From Phoronis australis (taxonomy: Eukaryota > Animalia > Phoronida), in the NCBI GenBank assembly GCA_002633005.1, contig NMRA01000207.1, positions 395,470 through 459,469 on the forward strand: 64,000 nucleotides of DNA. The letters are read 5' to 3'. A program made the translations under genes and the position numbers. Shown piece by piece: positions 60,469-64,000 of this stretch. Position 1 is the first letter of the stretch. Each line of letters begins with the position of its first letter. The notes beneath the pieces were generated by a model. The model saw nothing but the letters and a program-made list of their open reading frames with translations, was not told the origin of the DNA and did not search any database.

Positions 60469-63400
60469 ATATGATTGCTGCCAAGCGGGCATTTACACCT
60501 CTAACTCAGAAACGCAAACAACGAGTGTAAGTGGTAAACAGGAAGTTGTAGTGTGCATGCTCAGGATTGCACATGACGGTAGTTGAAGTTGATGGTAAGA
60601 AAGAGAACCCGCGTGCTGCGTTTAGAGTTGATAGGGGATATGAGATAATCAGACACAAGTTTCTCTATGTCAGAAAATGGTGACAAAATTGACACGTACG
60701 TTGGTGACAACTCTTCCATGCCTACTTCTATTTACAAACATCGTTACGTCATGTCAACTCATTCTGTGTCAACGTTTGTAGTGTAAATAGTGCGAGTACT
60801 GCTCACCTGGCAAGAGACACCTGTATATGTCATAGTGAGTTGCTCACCTGGCATGAGATATACCTGTATACATCACAGGAAATATCAAATCCTGTTCACA
60901 AATCCCAAGGACCACAGTTCAAAGCGACTTGTCAGGGTAACGAGTTAGGATTTTGCCATATAAAGTTTAGCTTACCTGCCACAGGTTTGAATAAAAACGC
61001 TGCAACGAGTTTGACAGGAGATTAGTAATTTCTTCACCAAATCAGAACATTTATTACGTAACTGGCCCCTATGTAGTGTACTGATACCAAGGCAGTACAC
61101 AAACCCACAAACCCTCAGTCACGCACGTGGACTTTTGAGCATGTTCATGAATATTGTAATTCTTGTAGAGTTTCAACTTTGTGTTGTGGAATTAGACCAG
61201 AGAGCAGACTGCTTGCCAAACTAATTCCCCATGCTAGGCATGCTGCAACACAAGCCCTGCAACACACCAAGCTATAGTAGAATAGCACAGAACCTTCACC
61301 TGCCTTAAACAACATACCTGGGGCTTGATCACTGCCTGATCAATATGTACCTCCTCCACTCAAATCAACCATCGAGAGACCGTGGTTTCAACATGTTTAA
61401 TTATTAATTCAAGATCACCCTACACTTCTGTTGAGCTAGGAGTCTGTGCTGTGTAAACAGGTCAACTATTTATGACTTGACCAATCAGGAGGCGGGAAAG
61501 TGATGCTATTGTTTGCTCACTAAGGTTATTGTGATAACAGTTTACCTGAGCTTCCAAGGAGTGGGAAATGGTGACATCTGGTGTCTCATTGTGGAACCAT
61601 CATTTGTATTAATTTTCTGTTCAGGTGCTTTTAGAAAGACAAAACAAGCATATGGTGTAAAAATTTATCGAAAAGAATTTTTTATCAAAAACTTAGAATT
61701 AAAGTAAATTGATTATGTCAAAAACTTACCTCTATTTCTGTTATTTTAGTCCAAAATACATATTGTCAGCTAATATGGGGCCAAATGAAACGAGTTGCTT
61801 TTAGTGAACCTCTTCAAAGTATACACTACCTAAGTTCAAATAACGCTATTAACCATTCCAATCATTGCTATACATATTCTAACCATTTCCTCTCTCAGAC
61901 TGCTAACTTCATCGTCGTTGACACAGTAAATGTCTTGACAAGCTGCGAGGCAGAAACAGGCTCAGTAATATCAGGACAAAGAATTAGAAAAGTGGTACCT
62001 TACAGATATTGTGAAAGGAAATATCAGACAAGTAAAAATTATACCAGCAATGGTGTCATTTAAATTGTGTGTATAAAACTAAAACTTAATTATTTATAAA
62101 ACTTCCCCAAACAACAAAACTGTATAAAACGCCAAAAAACCTGCTATCAGTGACACCGTACAAAGGTAAAACATGTTATTTTGCAGATTCACAATTACAT
62201 AGAAGCACATTTAGATAATTCTACATCGTTATTGCTGTTATAAAATAAGAGGATTTTTTGATTGTTTGTAGCAATGAACATATATATGGCCAAAAAAGCA
62301 ATGTTGGTTCTCGTCTCTGTTTTGTTTTAATTGAATAAGTGATGTGGCATTTTTACTTGCCGACTTTTTCAAAAAGGACAAAAATCCACATGAGACGAGC
62401 AAAAATGATACCGTAATACTTAATAATTTTTCTCATCACTTTGCAGTAATGGCGTTCCAAACCTTGTTTACCCTCACTTACATGGCTTTGTGCAGCTTTT
62501 CAAAATAAAAAACAGACCTAAGATGAAATTGATGAAGGTGGGCATATTTCTGGGTTTTTTTAATTGATGAGCACACGTCTCAAAGGGAGTCAGGATATAG
62601 ACAAAAATCAAAATGGTTTTTTAGCGTAACCACTTCAATAATAATTTTTGACAATAAACTTGTGTAAAATAACTGAAGAAGCAAGGTAGTTTGAAATAGA
62701 TGCATTCAACAAAATGCTCCTATACGACATTAATTAAAACAAAGTTCTTTAAGAGACATTATCGGTAAGATAAGTAATTTTCTAAGATCAGCCTCAGCGT
62801 GAAATCAAACCCGGAACTTCCAGGATTGCAGTCACAGGTAAACCCAACGAAATCAACAGATGACCATTTGAAGTGATAAAGTCATCATGGCCTTCTTGAT
62901 TTCAGCAAATGTCTGACAGACAACATCCAGAAGTGGCAATTTGTAACAAAATGACATAAAAAAACAATGGAATTTGTTATAACAGTTCAATAACTGAGGT
63001 CAAAGCTAATGTTACCTAGAAGACTATCCTATCAAATAATAACACCTGTCCAAAAAATAAGTTCTTCAGTCGTAAAACCAGTAATGTCCTTATTACACAC
63101 CCACATCTTCCTAACATAGCAGTTTAGAGTATCAAGACAAAAGCAAGGCTTTTATGACATTTTACATGCCTGTAATTGTCAATAGGGGGAGTTGACAACT
63201 GTTACAACACAAACGCCCCAATAGAACCCAATGACTAGCTTTTAAACAAATGCTCATTACCTAAACAAAATGACATTTTGCTCAAGTCATGGAACGTGAA
63301 TAATCTTTACTGGCTATGAGTTAAAGACAATTAAGCGCTATACTATTCAACTCTGACCAATATTATTCAACTTGACCAACATTAATTTCTAAGGTTCTGG

Positions 63401-63640
63401 ATCTACCGCATCTTATCAAAGCATTCACACTAACTTTGCATAAGCTTGATAGTACCCCTGATAGACACTCATGTTTCACAACATTCATCAGAGAATTGTC
63501 ATGCGTGAACAAATCATGGAACATGTCTGCTTACATACAGTCTTACACAGCTGGTTAGCAAGAAGGCGAGGTTTTGTAGCTTGGAATTCAACGCTGCTAA
63601 AGATGACAGGCCTACAAAGCTTATTCAAGAATTATTAGAG

Positions 63641-63835
63641 GAGAAAATGTGGCGCAACGGTTTGAGCTTCAGACCCTAGGAGACCCTGGTTCAAACCCTG
63701 GCTTTACTGGTAAACATTCGGGCATTGCATAGAGGTGTCTACAACTCTTCTGAGCTTTGTGAATGTGTGCAAGGAAGTGAATGAGAATCTGGATATAGTG
63801 TGAAAACTATTTCTGGCGGTATGCCAATATTGAAA
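63641..63835 (+). mobile_element. tRNA-derived SINE, copy 2
   Basis: TGGCGCAACGG A box and GGTTCAAACCC B box; shares CCTGGCTTTACTGG, GCATTGCA and GTGAATGAGAA.CTGGATATA with copy 1. Confidence 0.8.
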
Positions 63836-64000
63836 ATGATTATTAGCATGCCAGATTTATATTCCAATCGTCCTTTTCAGACAAACCAGTTAATGTTCAA
63901 AAAGGAGAAAGAAAATCAAAGCTTGTTAAATAAATATTAATATTAAACAGAGTGACGCATAATTAAATAGTAAAACCACAGGACCGTCACAGACACAGTG

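Noticed and set aside
60135-60586. Repetitive ORFs on both strands
   Set aside because: Artefacts of the 15-bp minisatellite.
61785-62063. ORF starting MKRVAFSE with a PP1-docking RVxF-like motif
   Set aside because: The short motif is expected by chance and the downstream GADD34/ICP34.5 eIF2-binding motif is absent.

Overview
AT-rich, intron-containing animal genomic DNA, probably a non-vertebrate bilaterian (inferred). Four protein-coding genes can be rebuilt exon by exon with consistent GT-AG phases. (1) A divergent HCN-like channel on the minus strand, covering the HCN domain and S1-S5; its pore and CNBD exons must lie left of the window. (2) A complete 7-exon CFAP161 on the minus strand. 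(3) A complete 3-exon GOLPH3 on the plus strand, head-to-head with CFAP161 across about 400 bp. (4) An approximately 2890-aa, five-PDZ PDZD2/pro-IL-16 family gene on the minus strand, tail-to-tail with GOLPH3. Introns and intergenic DNA hold many small transposons: a young 900-bp element with perfect 272-bp TIRs and a 9-bp TSD (AcademH-like), a THAP-relic ISL2EU-like element, Harbinger and Tc1/mariner MITEs, two tRNA-derived SINEs, two LINE relics and tandem repeats. Most notable are the CFAP161-GOLPH3-PDZD2/IL16 gene order, tandem arrays built on 5' splice sites, the structured TIR element, and altered gating motifs in the HCN-like channel. All calls are by-eye; no database searches were run.
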